A stretch of 64,000 bases of DNA from the IMG/VR virus record IMGVR_UViG_2871105481_000001, positions 1 to 64,000 of that record; one strand, given 5' to 3'. Of the stretch, positions 30,101-40,500 are shown in pieces. This DNA is from a virus (taxonomy: Duplodnaviria > Caudoviricetes). The notes beneath the pieces are model-generated. The model ran no database searches, had not been told where the DNA came from, and was given only the letters and a program-made list of their open reading frames with translations. Each line of letters opens with the position of its first letter. Positions within the stretch are counted from its first letter, which is position 1. The position numbers were made by a program, and so were the translations under genes.

Positions 30101-33100
30101 CCATCCAAAGTATTTTTATTTTTAATAAACTCATTCCAATCAGTAGTTATTTTTAAATTCTTAAATGTTTTTGAAAATGGTTTTTTAAGCTTTTCAATTA
30201 ATGAATCAAATTCTTCTTGAGATATAGGAGTAAAGTTTTCTGATGATTTTTGTAATTGAATTGGATTACCTGATTCATCTTTTAAGTTCTGAACTAATGG
30301 AGATCCTGTGAAATATGTTTTACCATCATCACCTTTAATAGTTAATCTACCTTTATTTTCTGATTCAACAACTCCACTTCTAGTATCACCAAATTGATTG
30401 AATGAAACTCTTTTGCCTATATAATTGGAGGATGATGTACTTTCTGTAACCGGAACTTCAGTTTTAATTTTAGATTGTTTAGATAAACTAAACCCTCTTT
30501 GCTTCTGATTTATGAACTTGTCAACTTCAGTTTGATCAGAAAAATCAAATTCACTGTCTCCATTTCTATCTTCTATTAAATTTCCATTATTATCAGTTAC
30601 AGTTACTCTATAGCCATTATCTCCATCTGGCAATCTAATTTCTTTAGTTGTAGCTATTACATTTTCTGATAATCTAGTTTTATTTGGATTTAGCTCATTT
30701 GATACGGATGTTTCTTGTGAACGCAAATCATTCGGATTTACTTCAACTTGGTTAGTACTTCCTGGTAATTCATTGGCTTGTACTGTTTCACTATTTGAAG
30801 TTTGTTGTTCCTGATTGATATCAGGTGCATATTGAACTCTTTCATTAGAGTTAGTACTACTTCTCGTTTGGTCATCAGATATTTTATTTATTCTAGCTAA
30901 TAAATCATCAAAATTTACTTCTTCGGAAATGTTGGAAGTTTGGGTATTTTCATTTTGCCTAATGGCTTCAGTGGGTGAATTTGTAGATTCGACAGATGCG
31001 TTTTCATTGATAGAAGACTGTTGTTCCGGTTGTTGTGTATTTTGTCGAATATCGTTTTGTGGGTTACCTTGTTTTTCATTTTTATTTTTAGTTGTTTGAG
31101 CGTTTTTTTCATCTATTTCATTTGCAACTTTTAATCCTTCAGAAAATTTATTTATTGAAAGGTTTGGAAATCTATTTTGAAGATCATTTAATAATTCAGG
31201 ATATTCTTCAACCAATCCATCATTAACTAAAATACCTTGTACTTGATTAATATCTTTTATTTCTGGATCTGTAGATATAAGCATAAAACTTCCATTTGAA
31301 TATGCTGCCCCTGCACCAATTCCAGATGAAGCAGCACCAGACCCTTCTAGAGGAGCTGTATATAAAAATCCATTACCTCTATTCTTATCAATACCATTAT
31401 CAAAAAGATTTAAAAGTTCCTTAAGGCTTCCTCCTAATCCTGATTTACCCATTCCATGAGCAAAAAATCGGTTCTGAAGTCCTGCATTTAAAATATCTTT
31501 CATAGTCTTTGGAAACATTCCATATCCTAATGTTAGAATACTTCCATCTCTATTTTGAAAATATATTTTTCTCCAAAGAGCTTCTAATGCTGATTCACTT
31601 ATTTTTGTTTTATTATTTTCATCGGGGTTAACTGTATTGTTTTCTGTTTCTTGTCCTTGTGTTCTTTCTGATGTTTGTTCTGTTGATGTGGTATTCTCAT
31701 TAGTAGGTTTTTGATTTAATATTTGGTCAACTTGTGATTCTAGTGATGAAATTTCAGATTCTATTCTAGGTTTGAATGCAGCATCTGCTTGATTTAAATC
31801 ATTACGTTTCGTCTCTAATTGTTGAAGTACTTTTATTGCACTATCTAAATAATCAGTAGAATAATTCTGTGAATCTGGAATCTTATTGATATATTTTTGC
31901 CTTGTTAATACTTCATTTTTAACATCATCTAATGTATTTGAAAAACTATCAAAACTAGAATCATTTGACATTACTTTTAACATATTATTAGCCCCATCAA
32001 ATCGAGACAATTCTGTAAGTAATTGGCTTCTATTATAGTTAGATAAGTTTATTTCATTATTACCTAATTTAATATTTCTAGAACCTGAACCTCCCATTAA
32101 AGATGCTATTGCGGAAGGAACAATTGTTCCAACAACTACATCTTTATATCCTTCACTATCTGTTAATTTAAAATCTGATCCATAAATAATATTAGTAACA
32201 TAATTAGTCATGTCACCAACAACTTGCTGAATTAATTCTTCTTTAGTTTCTCCAACTACATTATCTCCTATTTTTGAAAACAATGATTTTGCATTAGCTA
32301 AAATTCGCTCTCCATTACTAGTGCTTAATGAAGAAAGTAGTTGTTTGTATTCATTATTAAACCCGGAAAGAAATTTACTGTCTGGATTAATTCTTTGAAT
32401 TAATGATTGAATAAATGAATTTACAGTAGCATATACTGTTTTGCCTGCTGTGGATGAAATTCCTGAGTCTTCAGCACTTTTATAACTATCATTATACATT
32501 TGAACAAACCAGCCTGATACTGATTTGTTTTCAATTGAATTAGCACCTTGAGCATATCTTGCAAAATTTCTAGCTTGTTTTGCAATTTCACTTTCTGCAC
32601 CAAAAGCTTGAGTTGTTTTTGAAGCAAGGCTTATTGCGTTATTAGTTATTGTATTATTTATTAATCCACCAACTTCATTTGTTATTAAGATATCTCCAGC
32701 CATCTTACCTGTTAAGAAAGCCATACCTGAAGGATTATATTCTGAATCTTTTCCAGTTTCTTTTAAACCGGATATATTACTAACAGGTTTATAAATTCCA
32801 TTTTCAATCTGGAATAATTTACCATTTCTTTCTTCAAAAACTCTACCTGAATTATCACTATATTTTGTAACATTTGTTCTTAATGGTGATATCTCAATAT
32901 TACCAAGCTTTAAAGGTTCACTTAATTGATCAGCTGAATCTTTTACATCTTGACTAAAGGGTGTAGTAAGTATTCTTAAAATACCTGAACTAGCATCTAT
33001 TGCTGATTGCCCTAATCCTAAAACTACTTGGCCTAAAATATTCTGTGTTCTTGCAATACCATCACCATTTAATACTCTTGCTTGGAAATCTTGTGCTTCG

Positions 33101-34731
33101 GAGTCTTCTTTATTTACTCTTGTAAATATTTTATTTACATCAGATGTAATACTATCATTTTGTTGTACATTTTTTATATTATTCTGAATACTATTCTGAA
33201 CAGTATTTATTTGATTTACATACTGATTTACTAAATTAAAATCACCAGTTTCTGCTGCTGACTGGACATTATATTTTAGATTATATATATTATTTTGTTT
33301 AGCTTCAATATCTAATAATTCTTTCTGATTAGTCCAGTTAGAAAATGCATTCCAAATATTCTTTCTATTTCTCTGTCCATTTGTATTATTTCTAATACTC
33401 TGATCTGTTCTAGTGTACAACTGGCCTTCTTCACTATCTAAAAATTCCCCAAATAGTTTTTTAAGATCATAGTTCTTTTCAACTTCTAAATAGAATTTAT
33501 TCTCCGCAACATCATCTGGCATGATTTCATTATCTGAACCCAATCTATTACTAAAGTCATCAAAGGCGGTTTGTTTTTGATTATCCATCATCGAAGACAA
33601 TACACTTTGAGCTTTATCTAAATAAAATTCATCTGGCTTATTATAACGTCTACTTACCATATCATATACTTGTTGGTAAGTTGCATTTGGATAAGATCCT
33701 AATTCTTGTTGTGTTTCAAGCGTAATTTGAAGTTCTTTTCTTCCTTCTGGTGTTTGAAGATAATTTGATCTATCTTCTTCTGTTACTAGATATCCGTATT
33801 TATCAAAAAGTGAATTTGTGTATTTTTCAAGATCAGTTAATTCCGGTTTATCAGGTGATAACTTTTGTTTAGCAGCTTCATAGTTATTTCCTTCAACATA
33901 TTTTTCAGATTCTTTTGTGAAATATTCTGCACCATTCTTAGTTATTTCAAAAGCAGGCAAACCATTTTCTAAAGTAGCTCTTGTACCATCTTTGAGATAT
34001 GAAGGCTTTATGTATCCTTTCGATTCTAGATCTTTTGCATATGATTCTGGATCATTAATATTAGCTCCTGTAAAATCCTGATAAGAATAATCTAATAGTT
34101 CTCCAGGTTTATATTGTCTTGGAGATAAATAATTTTTTGGTAATTGAGTAAAATCTACTTTAGATTCATATGGTAAATAAATATTAGGAACAGTTACACC
34201 ACTATTAAAAGTAGTTGTATTATTATTTGGATTATCATTTGGAAAACTAATCGTACCTACTTTACTTTTAGCATTACCATTTTCATCCAAAACTAGATTA
34301 TCCATATTACCTTTATAGGATAATGGATTCTGAGTATTTATAGGTAAATTAGTTGTAAACGGAGTGCCATTATTTCCAGACGTTAAAGCTGATTCTGAAT
34401 TTGAATTTACCAAGTTGGAAACTCCATTCTGTTGATCTAATTGATTCTGATTTAGGTCTAATTGTGAATCTATTGGAACACTTAATGTTTCTTGTTGTGT
34501 ATTTTGCCCTATTGAAATAGGATTTATATTTTCTCTGTTGTTGGATGTTGACAAGCCTTGTGAGCTTAATAAGCCTGTATTTGTATCGTCTTTTTTTTTT
34601 AATGAAGTTGTATCTTGAATTAAAGCTGAGAAATCATTAGGCTCAAGATAGGACTGCATGTTTAAAAAGTCTTCTAATGATAAGTTACCACCATTACTTT
34701 GGTATTGTAGATAAAGTTCTTCTGGATTCAT
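24187..34731 (-). CDS. giant polyvalent virion ejection protein (ART-like, two HExxH metallopeptidase-like, PBECR/MuF-C-like and LPD38-like domains)
   Basis: 3514 aa. 'IHEFSHLW' (29932-29946), 'QHELAHVF' (28363-28377), 'DLGRPS...IQDPVAVFD...IKTGF', C-terminal 'LDFNQGG...IPYLNAATQG'. Confidence 0.8.
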   Translation of the reverse strand: MNPEELYLQYQSNGGNLSLEDFLNMQSYLEPNDFSALIQDTTSLKKKDDTNTGLLSSQGLSTSNNRENINPISIGQNTQQETLSVPIDSQLDLNQNQLDQQNGVSNLVNSNSESALTSGNNGTPFTTNLPINTQNPLSYKGNMDNLVLDENGNAKSKVGTISFPNDNPNNNTTTFNSGVTVPNIYLPYESKVDFTQLPKNYLSPRQYKPGELLDYSYQDFTGANINDPESYAKDLESKGYIKPSYLKDGTRATLENGLPAFEITKNGAEYFTKESEKYVEGNNYEAAKQKLSPDKPELTDLEKYTNSLFDKYGYLVTEEDRSNYLQTPEGRKELQITLETQQELGSYPNATYQQVYDMVSRRYNKPDEFYLDKAQSVLSSMMDNQKQTAFDDFSNRLGSDNEIMPDDVAENKFYLEVEKNYDLKKLFGEFLDSEEGQLYTRTDQSIRNNTNGQRNRKNIWNAFSNWTNQKELLDIEAKQNNIYNLKYNVQSAAETGDFNLVNQYVNQINTVQNSIQNNIKNVQQNDSITSDVNKIFTRVNKEDSEAQDFQARVLNGDGIARTQNILGQVVLGLGQSAIDASSGILRILTTPFSQDVKDSADQLSEPLKLGNIEISPLRTNVTKYSDNSGRVFEERNGKLFQIENGIYKPVSNISGLKETGKDSEYNPSGMAFLTGKMAGDILITNEVGGLINNTITNNAISLASKTTQAFGAESEIAKQARNFARYAQGANSIENKSVSGWFVQMYNDSYKSAEDSGISSTAGKTVYATVNSFIQSLIQRINPDSKFLSGFNNEYKQLLSSLSTSNGERILANAKSLFSKIGDNVVGETKEELIQQVVGDMTNYVTNIIYGSDFKLTDSEGYKDVVVGTIVPSAIASLMGGSGSRNIKLGNNEINLSNYNRSQLLTELSRFDGANNMLKVMSNDSSFDSFSNTLDDVKNEVLTRQKYINKIPDSQNYSTDYLDSAIKVLQQLETKRNDLNQADAAFKPRIESEISSLESQVDQILNQKPTNENTTSTEQTSERTQGQETENNTVNPDENNKTKISESALEALWRKIYFQNRDGSILTLGYGMFPKTMKDILNAGLQNRFFAHGMGKSGLGGSLKELLNLFDNGIDKNRGNGFLYTAPLEGSGAASSGIGAGAAYSNGSFMLISTDPEIKDINQVQGILVNDGLVEEYPELLNDLQNRFPNLSINKFSEGLKVANEIDEKNAQTTKNKNEKQGNPQNDIRQNTQQPEQQSSINENASVESTNSPTEAIRQNENTQTSNISEEVNFDDLLARINKISDDQTRSSTNSNERVQYAPDINQEQQTSNSETVQANELPGSTNQVEVNPNDLRSQETSVSNELNPNKTRLSENVIATTKEIRLPDGDNGYRVTVTDNNGNLIEDRNGDSEFDFSDQTEVDKFINQKQRGFSLSKQSKIKTEVPVTESTSSSNYIGKRVSFNQFGDTRSGVVESENKGRLTIKGDDGKTYFTGSPLVQNLKDESGNPIQLQKSSENFTPISQEEFDSLIEKLKKPFSKTFKNLKITTDWNEFIKNKNTLDGINNLDELSSNNVVVSDNDIKFMQNNGTIYGAKLPDGTIYINPEYLNANTPIHEFSHLWEQLMPSRFKNGVELLKQTKTGKEIFNRLKYEGNYNNLSDNELWNEALNTHIGNYGEWQFQERQARGKMAEFVQWFRAFFNKIGDVLGIGNLNPNISLNNFTNKVLGDLMNEKILSSENSKSSNINYSLGSNELNNIAESTKRHIKEYSTFLKNKEKLKNGELTNENTIRIVKESRFNDENYTIDLGRPSTLLKSIGVSDNEMNVNLSYLFNKIIKQSKHEISDIQNLRNIVDNIQDPVAVFDNYEDGKKTKDRLEFLTALKNSNNKNIALILSLNEENSSDKINTIKTGFALNNINRLRARLLNNYDGIKYINKQGIIEVLRDNINIGDSIVKIRYDKNTDSIKLLTEDINSNNVKFLKETIDLINGFKNPSINNVNFSIRTDNTNKLKIKDDVELSNFFGDNTTSIDELIAKGYNISDDIANLARKFDTKIYVINENLFNKSEKEINSYVDGLLKDYQVLIDNGTYQESYLRQELLDGIVTQVFNDAIGEAKGNSIYIKEGATDLNNFLKTKLVQHELAHVFTSYYLADNIDSSQLNEQELTFRNEARSAYEEALKNPNKTNAYGYSNNYEFIAEYIANDNFKSEVDNYLDYLNNPEPKPLLTRIVEYIKGLFGFKNNTELKQEFQLQKSIDEHINRLKEADGSINLQAYSGVRFMIKKLMPVSTIQEVLNETETNGIEAGLAKFKESAFYKSLSDKQKALIDSEGITKLMQEQVILHREDQINKKKTAVEKVKEQTSKKEKEIAFNKIEKIHENYKNKIEELRKSNKSYREKVAERKRQAKEAYDNTVIFLNQNMISGKITPTEVSRLLKAATGILSTRNSISNFNKFTELFNKINTKAEERNKTQIERTTDKYNEVSQTVEQQFNSGKSLQEIKDSFNSIDEQRMVESAYNRLVNKTISPEEARKKLDDSYKSSKEVLTKRFKDENGNVMSFNQKFRAWLKNKVERGIVSGVDRQFIPKRILENIGAKAVSNRMIAYAGSSTIAKEKFDKVQKSVYDGLNRSELELLDKIIAAKRFLAIDKNREEKGLPVIDHPGYQDASTAQKALDAYKSEIGEDAFTKLNKRADAYFDAFKTILSDMQESGLISNEVYKELKDVDYQPRKFLRYILDADGELMSSDRTMFRNENGNLSKEQIIGLSEGDASDMLMDSKWLIQSTLASRYKAIGMNEINRTFFTKYYPDAKAKYESINSDNIAESDKKFYKYFKQLQSNIKENRIIGFTESGKPKYESTTPEGYKIAYYYENGVRQQVFMKEEFHKMWHDTMDKLVNSDLAKTISTWSGSRLVKAFATGNNPGFVFTNTPRDFVHALLFSPEYNSFLLRAGAQLTKDSIKAIGEIYKHRNSNKTTLLTKYLEYGGGMEWLNQQGEIKDLTSLNKTIGNYFDSRIDPKSKKTLSTLFNFARLKSLSNYSETMFRVAVFDRSLQNQLKVYNKLNNTSYKSVEELSNEDKNNMYYEAVASSRGLLDFNQGGTFTKSAEAVIPYLNAATQGTRVMVEAIKRNPLDTSVRIIQAAGLPVLGMHLMINFIMGLIRPPEKEDEPVNKSYADFLDGISPSQKMNYWNIPVGWDKEEKQWKVLRIAKAQQLTPISILFEGAYEDHIRSSVGMTKRGSIKNTWKNFTKALGDNIDPTHLASALEDPSKSQSYFDAAFKLIGSNPASKGLTQYYTGYDTFREQPLSFDIGKVSRKYEGADKANVEEFYKELGKALDDSPVRLKALVESIITSPQTNPFVGIMYGGADAIVTDVDAKKRAGVIYDSFIKRILSETSDFNRQLNKKALVQEQLDKNTDEYGETRNKAKQILSKYGSVNELLKNEKSLIADIEGYSKDPVIQKDLVNRIKSLVKKDGISSMVFDVKYGTNNNVKNKALLIYTYSEGMSSTEKRRFFEQLQSQKILSKAVFSEYENVIKQNKK

Positions 34732-34794
34732 TTAACAGATGTTATGTATATAAAAATAAGATCTGAGTATACTTTTAGTGGTATTGCTACAATA

Positions 34795-34820
34795 ATAAAG
34801 CTCCAATTAAGGAGCTTTAT
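34795..34820. terminator. intrinsic terminator / attenuating hairpin
   Basis: ATAAAGCTCC-AATTAA-GGAGCTTTAT perfect 10-bp stem. Confidence 0.7.
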
Positions 34821-34821
34821 T

Positions 34822-36372
34822 TTATTTTTGTAATTCTTTTAATAAGCCTCCACTCAAATTATAATTATATGTATAATTACTTTTAGGTTTTATAGGTGAG
34901 AAGTCTACATTGAAGTTATCATTGAACTGTATAAACTTATTATTTTCACTTTTCAAATTCGGATCATTTATAATAGCTGATGACATACTTGATAGTATTG
35001 ATTGGGGATTTTTAACTTTATTAGATGAAAGTATTTGTATTACTCTTGATAAGTCAGCTTTTTCCATTACTACCCTTTTCCCATCTTTTGTTGGTAAATT
35101 AACACCAAAATTTACAGCACCTGTACCTTGACTTCCTCCTACTGGATTCCAAAAAGCTGTAACACCAACCCTAGATTGTTTACCGGCATTTGAATTTCCA
35201 TTTACGAAATAATTCACTGCTTGCATTTCATAACTTCGCTTTCCATCTTTTTGTTGTGTATTCCAAATTACTGGACTCACAGATAAAGTTCCATTACCTA
35301 ATTGTTGTGATCCTCCACTTCCTCCACTTGGAGTATTTAAAGATTTTATCTTTTGTTGAGTAGTTAATTTTGCGTTTACTAATCTCTGATTATCTAATGC
35401 TAATTGTGTATCTGTTTTACTACGTTTTACACTATCTACTTCTTTTGCTCCAGATTCCATAATATTAGCTGCTAAATTTATCGCAGTATCTAAATCTGAA
35501 CTATTTTCAATATTACGTTTATTAGTTCTAAAAAATAATTGATTGAAATTTTGTGGAACAGAGTTTATATTGAAATCTTCAGGTGAAGAATATCCAATAG
35601 ATGATTTTAAATAGTTTATAGCTCTATCACGATCAAATTTAATTGTTTTATATGTTGTAACACCATTTGTATTTCGCTCTTGTTGTACAACCATATCTTT
35701 CCCTGACTTATTTAAACTTGTAATTAATCCCTTATCACCATCTAATAAATTGTTTTCTAATCCAGATGTTAGTAAATTTTTTGCTTCACTAAGTTTCATT
35801 ATTACAGCTTGATCTCCCATTTTTGAATCTGGTGATCCTGCAAACGCAACTGCTATATCTCCATCCTTATCTCTAATTAATTGCGCATTTGATGTTGCTA
35901 ATGATTGCATTAACCCAACTCGGTTATCTCCTTCAAAATAATCTCCACTATTTAGCCTATCGATATTTTTTCTAAATGCTTCCTGGTCATCTTTAGAAGT
36001 CATAAATGTTCCTAACATCTTAACATCATTACTAAACTTCTGAGCCTTTTGTAATTCTGCTACTCTTTGTTCATATGGAATTGAATAATCTAAGGCTCTT
36101 GATTTAGCTGTAGAAACCATGTCTATACCTTGTCCAACAAAATCATTATAAGCATTCTGAAATGGTGCAACTGTCTGTAAAGGATCTAACTTTATATCCT
36201 TATACATATCATATAGGTTCTTACCTTGCTCTTGTTGCATCTTTAATTTTGCAGCTTTCTGAGCTTCTCCTCTTTGAATCATATAATTAATAGATTGAGA
36301 AACTAAATCCCCAACTTTTAATTCTGTTGGCTTTAAAGGCTGATAAGCAATAAACGTCCCTTGTCCTGCCAT
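34822..36372 (-). CDS. internal virion (ejection) protein
   Basis: 516 aa, helical, located between the other ejection-type genes as in podophages. Confidence 0.6.
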   Translation of the reverse strand: MAGQGTFIAYQPLKPTELKVGDLVSQSINYMIQRGEAQKAAKLKMQQEQGKNLYDMYKDIKLDPLQTVAPFQNAYNDFVGQGIDMVSTAKSRALDYSIPYEQRVAELQKAQKFSNDVKMLGTFMTSKDDQEAFRKNIDRLNSGDYFEGDNRVGLMQSLATSNAQLIRDKDGDIAVAFAGSPDSKMGDQAVIMKLSEAKNLLTSGLENNLLDGDKGLITSLNKSGKDMVVQQERNTNGVTTYKTIKFDRDRAINYLKSSIGYSSPEDFNINSVPQNFNQLFFRTNKRNIENSSDLDTAINLAANIMESGAKEVDSVKRSKTDTQLALDNQRLVNAKLTTQQKIKSLNTPSGGSGGSQQLGNGTLSVSPVIWNTQQKDGKRSYEMQAVNYFVNGNSNAGKQSRVGVTAFWNPVGGSQGTGAVNFGVNLPTKDGKRVVMEKADLSRVIQILSSNKVKNPQSILSSMSSAIINDPNLKSENNKFIQFNDNFNVDFSPIKPKSNYTYNYNLSGGLLKELQK

Positions 36373-36373
36373 T

Positions 36374-37114
36374 TTATCCTATTCTTCTTGGGTTAAATAT
36401 AGATGCATTATCAATTATTCCAGGATTATAATAGAATAAAGGTGAGTTTGGAAATAATGTATTTTGATTCACATTATAATTGGGTAACATTGGATTTGGA
36501 ATATTATTAATTCTCTGTACTTCTGCTCCTGGCAAAACTGTTGTTAACCCCAGAGGATTATTTGAATTGATATTTGAATTATTTCCCGTAACACCACTAA
36601 ATACACCACTTGCTGCTGCATTTGCAAGTCCTAACCCTGATTGAACCATAGTATTAATACCATTTGTTCTTTCCTGTATTGCATTGTTTAGCTCATTTCC
36701 AAGGCCTAACAAATCAGATTGTTCACGTTGTTCTTGCATTTGTTGAACCATAGCATTCCCTTGAGCTTTCATATTCTGGTTTTGAATATATTGCTGATCT
36801 AGATTAGCTGCTATTTGTTGTTCTGCTGCAACTTGTTGAGCCATTAAATTTGGTAAACCTCCAACTAATCCTCTGCTACCACCCATTGAAAGTAAATTAG
36901 CATTTGTTGCCATTGACCTTGCTAAATCTTCACGCTGAAGATCAGACCCTAATGTTGAAACCTGTAATGTGTTATATGGATTTTGTAATGTTTGACGTTG
37001 GTAATTATCAATTTGCTCCTGGATTCTTTTTGCTCGTCTGCCTGCTCCAATACTTTGTGCTAATCCGGAACCTATTCCTACTACCCCTCCGACTACGGCT
37101 GCTGCTGCTGGCAT
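36374..37114 (-). CDS. internal virion (ejection) protein, Gly/Ala/Gln-rich
   Basis: Hydrophobic 'AAAAVVGGVVGIGSGL' N-terminus and Gln-rich coiled coil. Confidence 0.65.
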   Translation of the reverse strand: MPAAAAVVGGVVGIGSGLAQSIGAGRRAKRIQEQIDNYQRQTLQNPYNTLQVSTLGSDLQREDLARSMATNANLLSMGGSRGLVGGLPNLMAQQVAAEQQIAANLDQQYIQNQNMKAQGNAMVQQMQEQREQSDLLGLGNELNNAIQERTNGINTMVQSGLGLANAAASGVFSGVTGNNSNINSNNPLGLTTVLPGAEVQRINNIPNPMLPNYNVNQNTLFPNSPLFYYNPGIIDNASIFNPRRIG

Positions 37115-37117
37115 ATG

Positions 37118-37522
37118 TTATATGAATTTGGTTATTAGTTCTGATACTTTGTTTGAGGTTTCGGAATATCCTAAATTTTTGAAATCATCTATCAAAAACT
37201 TATTATCTGTCCATGTAATAACATGTGTAAAACCTAATCCTCTACTATACGAAGATAAATCTGCAATGAATTTTTCTCTTGTTTGCTTAGGTAACTTATT
37301 TTTGTAATTTGGGTTCCTGGTAATAAAACCTATCATTGCCATTTTAGAATTACTGCACCATACAAAACCCATGTATATACCTTCTTTTGTAAACGCATCT
37401 TGAAGTACTAAGCCAGTATCAGGATACATACCTTCATCTAACTTATTTAGTTTCCACTGTTCTAACCAATTATTTACAATTGGAATATCAACAGATTCAA
37501 TTTCTCTTAGTTCTAATTCCAT
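37118..37522 (-). CDS. GNAT-fold acetyltransferase-like structural-module protein
   Basis: 134 aa, pattern 'LREIESVDIPIVNNW...MAMIGFITRNP...LGF...FKNLGY'. Confidence 0.55.
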   Translation of the reverse strand: MELELREIESVDIPIVNNWLEQWKLNKLDEGMYPDTGLVLQDAFTKEGIYMGFVWCSNSKMAMIGFITRNPNYKNKLPKQTREKFIADLSSYSRGLGFTHVITWTDNKFLIDDFKNLGYSETSNKVSELITKFI

Positions 37523-40500
37523 TATAAATATGATTTTTTGACTTCGGTGGTTGTTGATGCTATATAAACATATTCATTAGAAGTTTTTGAAAGTTCCACT
37601 TCTAACCATTTACCTCTCATAGGACTTCCATTAGGATTATATTCCAAAGTTCTTTGTGGGGTTGTAAACGCAAATTGCCCAATAATAAATCCAGTATTAT
37701 TTGATACTGTTATAGTATTGCCATTTATATTTGTTATTGCCGAACTTATATTACCTTCAATATTTAAATCATCACCAACATTAATACCATCAGGCATATA
37801 ATTAAAAGTAACTTCATTGCCATTTACATGTGATATTTCTCCAACGCCTTGTGCATTATTGATCCCTATTGTATCTCGATATATTTCAGTGTAATAAAAG
37901 CTTTCTTTGTATTTATAATTTGATTCGGGTATATTGGATTCTGTAAGATTTGTTTTAAATGAAGTATTCCACGAAACATTAGATTGTAATGAATGAGCTT
38001 GATAAATAATATCAGTATTCATCTCAACATTCACATAGTATTTTAATTTACCAGTTTTAGTCCCCTGGTTTGCGAATAAACTATAATCATTTCCTTTTTC
38101 AGCTTCATATAAAACACCTTTGTAAGATTGGAATAACTTACCATTGGTTCCATGTAAATAATCGAAATTATAAGTCATAATGTGACTAAAGCCTTTATAA
38201 TTCTGATTAAAACTATAAGTTAATTTGTTATTAAAACCTAAAACATATTCATCATGAGCCTCATCATAAGTACCAATGAATGTTGAATTTGATTTTAATA
38301 GATCAATAGTTTCTTTAAATACTCCACAATTCTGTCCATTTACTTCTACAATTTGATTCCCGGATAATGCTAAAATTCTGGTTTTATTTTTATCTGTAAA
38401 ATATAATATATTACTATTAACAGCTATTGATTCAGGATTATATGAAATTCCATAATCATAATCTAATTCAATTATATCTCCAAGTACATCATTTGTTGTA
38501 GCCAAACTTTCATTTCCACGTAAATCAAGTATAACTGACTTACCAAATAATACTCTAAATATTTTATTCGGATTAAATACAACTAAATCTGAATCAGTAG
38601 AAATAATTCTCTGTCCTTCTCCATATTTTATGGGTAAAGTTTTCCAATTGGCTAATGTTGAATTGAAAACTGGTAAATTATTTATTCCTAATTCATAATT
38701 GAAAATTCCTCCATATGAAATATCATTCTTCCGGTGGACTTCTTTGTAACCTCTTAATAATACTGAATTTGGATGGAAACTATTTTCTAGTTTTTTCCCA
38801 TTGAATTGATCTTTAATTTTATAAGATTCTATTCCATTACCCCAACAATAACCATTATAAAATTCAATATCAAATGTTGGCATTCCTGCTTCTATTCTAT
38901 CAGGAATAATATTACCATTTTCAACTTTATAAGTTTTATATGTTGGATAATATATATTGTTTAATTCTTCTTTATTTTTAGTTCTAAAGCTAATTGGGAT
39001 AATACCTCTTTGTAGTTTAACTTCTGATCTAACTTTAACTTCTGCATATTCAGGTGGAACTGCTGTCGAATTTACAGCCCAATTGTACATTCTTGGGATC
39101 TGTTCTTTTACATAATCTGGAAAATTACTATTAGTAAATAATGATACTTCATTTAATGTATTATTACCAACAACATTTAAGAAAGGTGTTTTTAAGTTAT
39201 CTTTTAATAATTCATAAATGCTTGGATATTCTTTCGTTGCAAATATTTGTTCTGAAATATTAATTGATCCATATTCATCACCAGTTCTACCATAGTGAAA
39301 GTCTACACTAAAACTAAATAAGTCGCCTTCTTTTATGACTCCATAATCACTTTTTAAAAAGTCAGCTCTGTTATTTGTAGAATTATAAATTATACTTCCT
39401 ATTTGTCCAGAATAAAAGCTAGTAGCATCATATCGTTTAGGATTTGTACTTTGTTGCACTGCATCTATTGTCCTCCAACCACTTTCATTTACCTTAGAAG
39501 GTATATCAACTCCATTAGCTGTTAGAATAAAACTATCATCAACTTCAATAACCGCATATACTCCATCTCTTACAACTCCATCTTTTATACCATATTGTTG
39601 AACTTCTGAAACCTTATATTCTTTGTAAACGGAACTGTCACTACGAATAATAACATCATCTTTCCGGATTCTGTTAATATTATCACCAGTGATACTTAGG
39701 AAAATTTTATTCCCTACTTTCCGGGCATAAGTAATATAAATGTTTTCATAGTTTAGCTTTTGTGATAAAACTGCGAACTTTGCTTTCGTTGCCCAACTTG
39801 GAGCATTAGAAACCATTTTAACAAATAAACTATTTATGGTATTCTTGTCTTCAAAACCTATTGTAGCTTCAGATACATTTTCATTTTGTGGAAGTAATAT
39901 TGAGGTTCTTTCATTGTAATCATTATAGAAAATAACTCCAATTTTATATTTGAATAATGATACAGCAGTATTGTTTTTAATGCTTGATGAATATGGAGTA
40001 TTTTTAACTCCTACATAATAATAAACATCAATATCATCACCATTAATATCTTTTAAATCCCTATCTTCTTTGTAATTGTAATACACTAATCTGTTTCCAA
40101 CTAACTCCTGAGACTTAGGGAATCTTGGCATGTTTGAATAAATATATTTAGTTTCATCATCTGTTAAAACTTCATAGTTAGAAGAATAGCTATAATCAAC
40201 TAATATTTCTGAATCATCATTAATACTAGCTTTTTTCTTATTAACATTATAAATTCTATAAGCTGTATTACTTAATTGTTCCCTGGCATAAACTTCTACA
40301 TCAGTAACATTATGACCTCCTGAATTAATAGATAACTGAAGCTTATTAAATTTGTTAACCATTGCTTTATTCAGCCTATCTTCATCAACTTCAAAAGTAC
40401 CATCAGTCTCAAATGAGCAATCAGAATAAAAAGATAGTGGTGTATAATCTCCATCTTTGTATTTATATCTGTAAGCAAACGCAACGAATCGGTCTTTGTC

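Noticed and set aside
24187-34731. crAss-type virion RNA polymerase
   Set aside because: No DxDxD catalytic motif found; recognisable motifs are peptidase, PBECR-like and LPD38-like.
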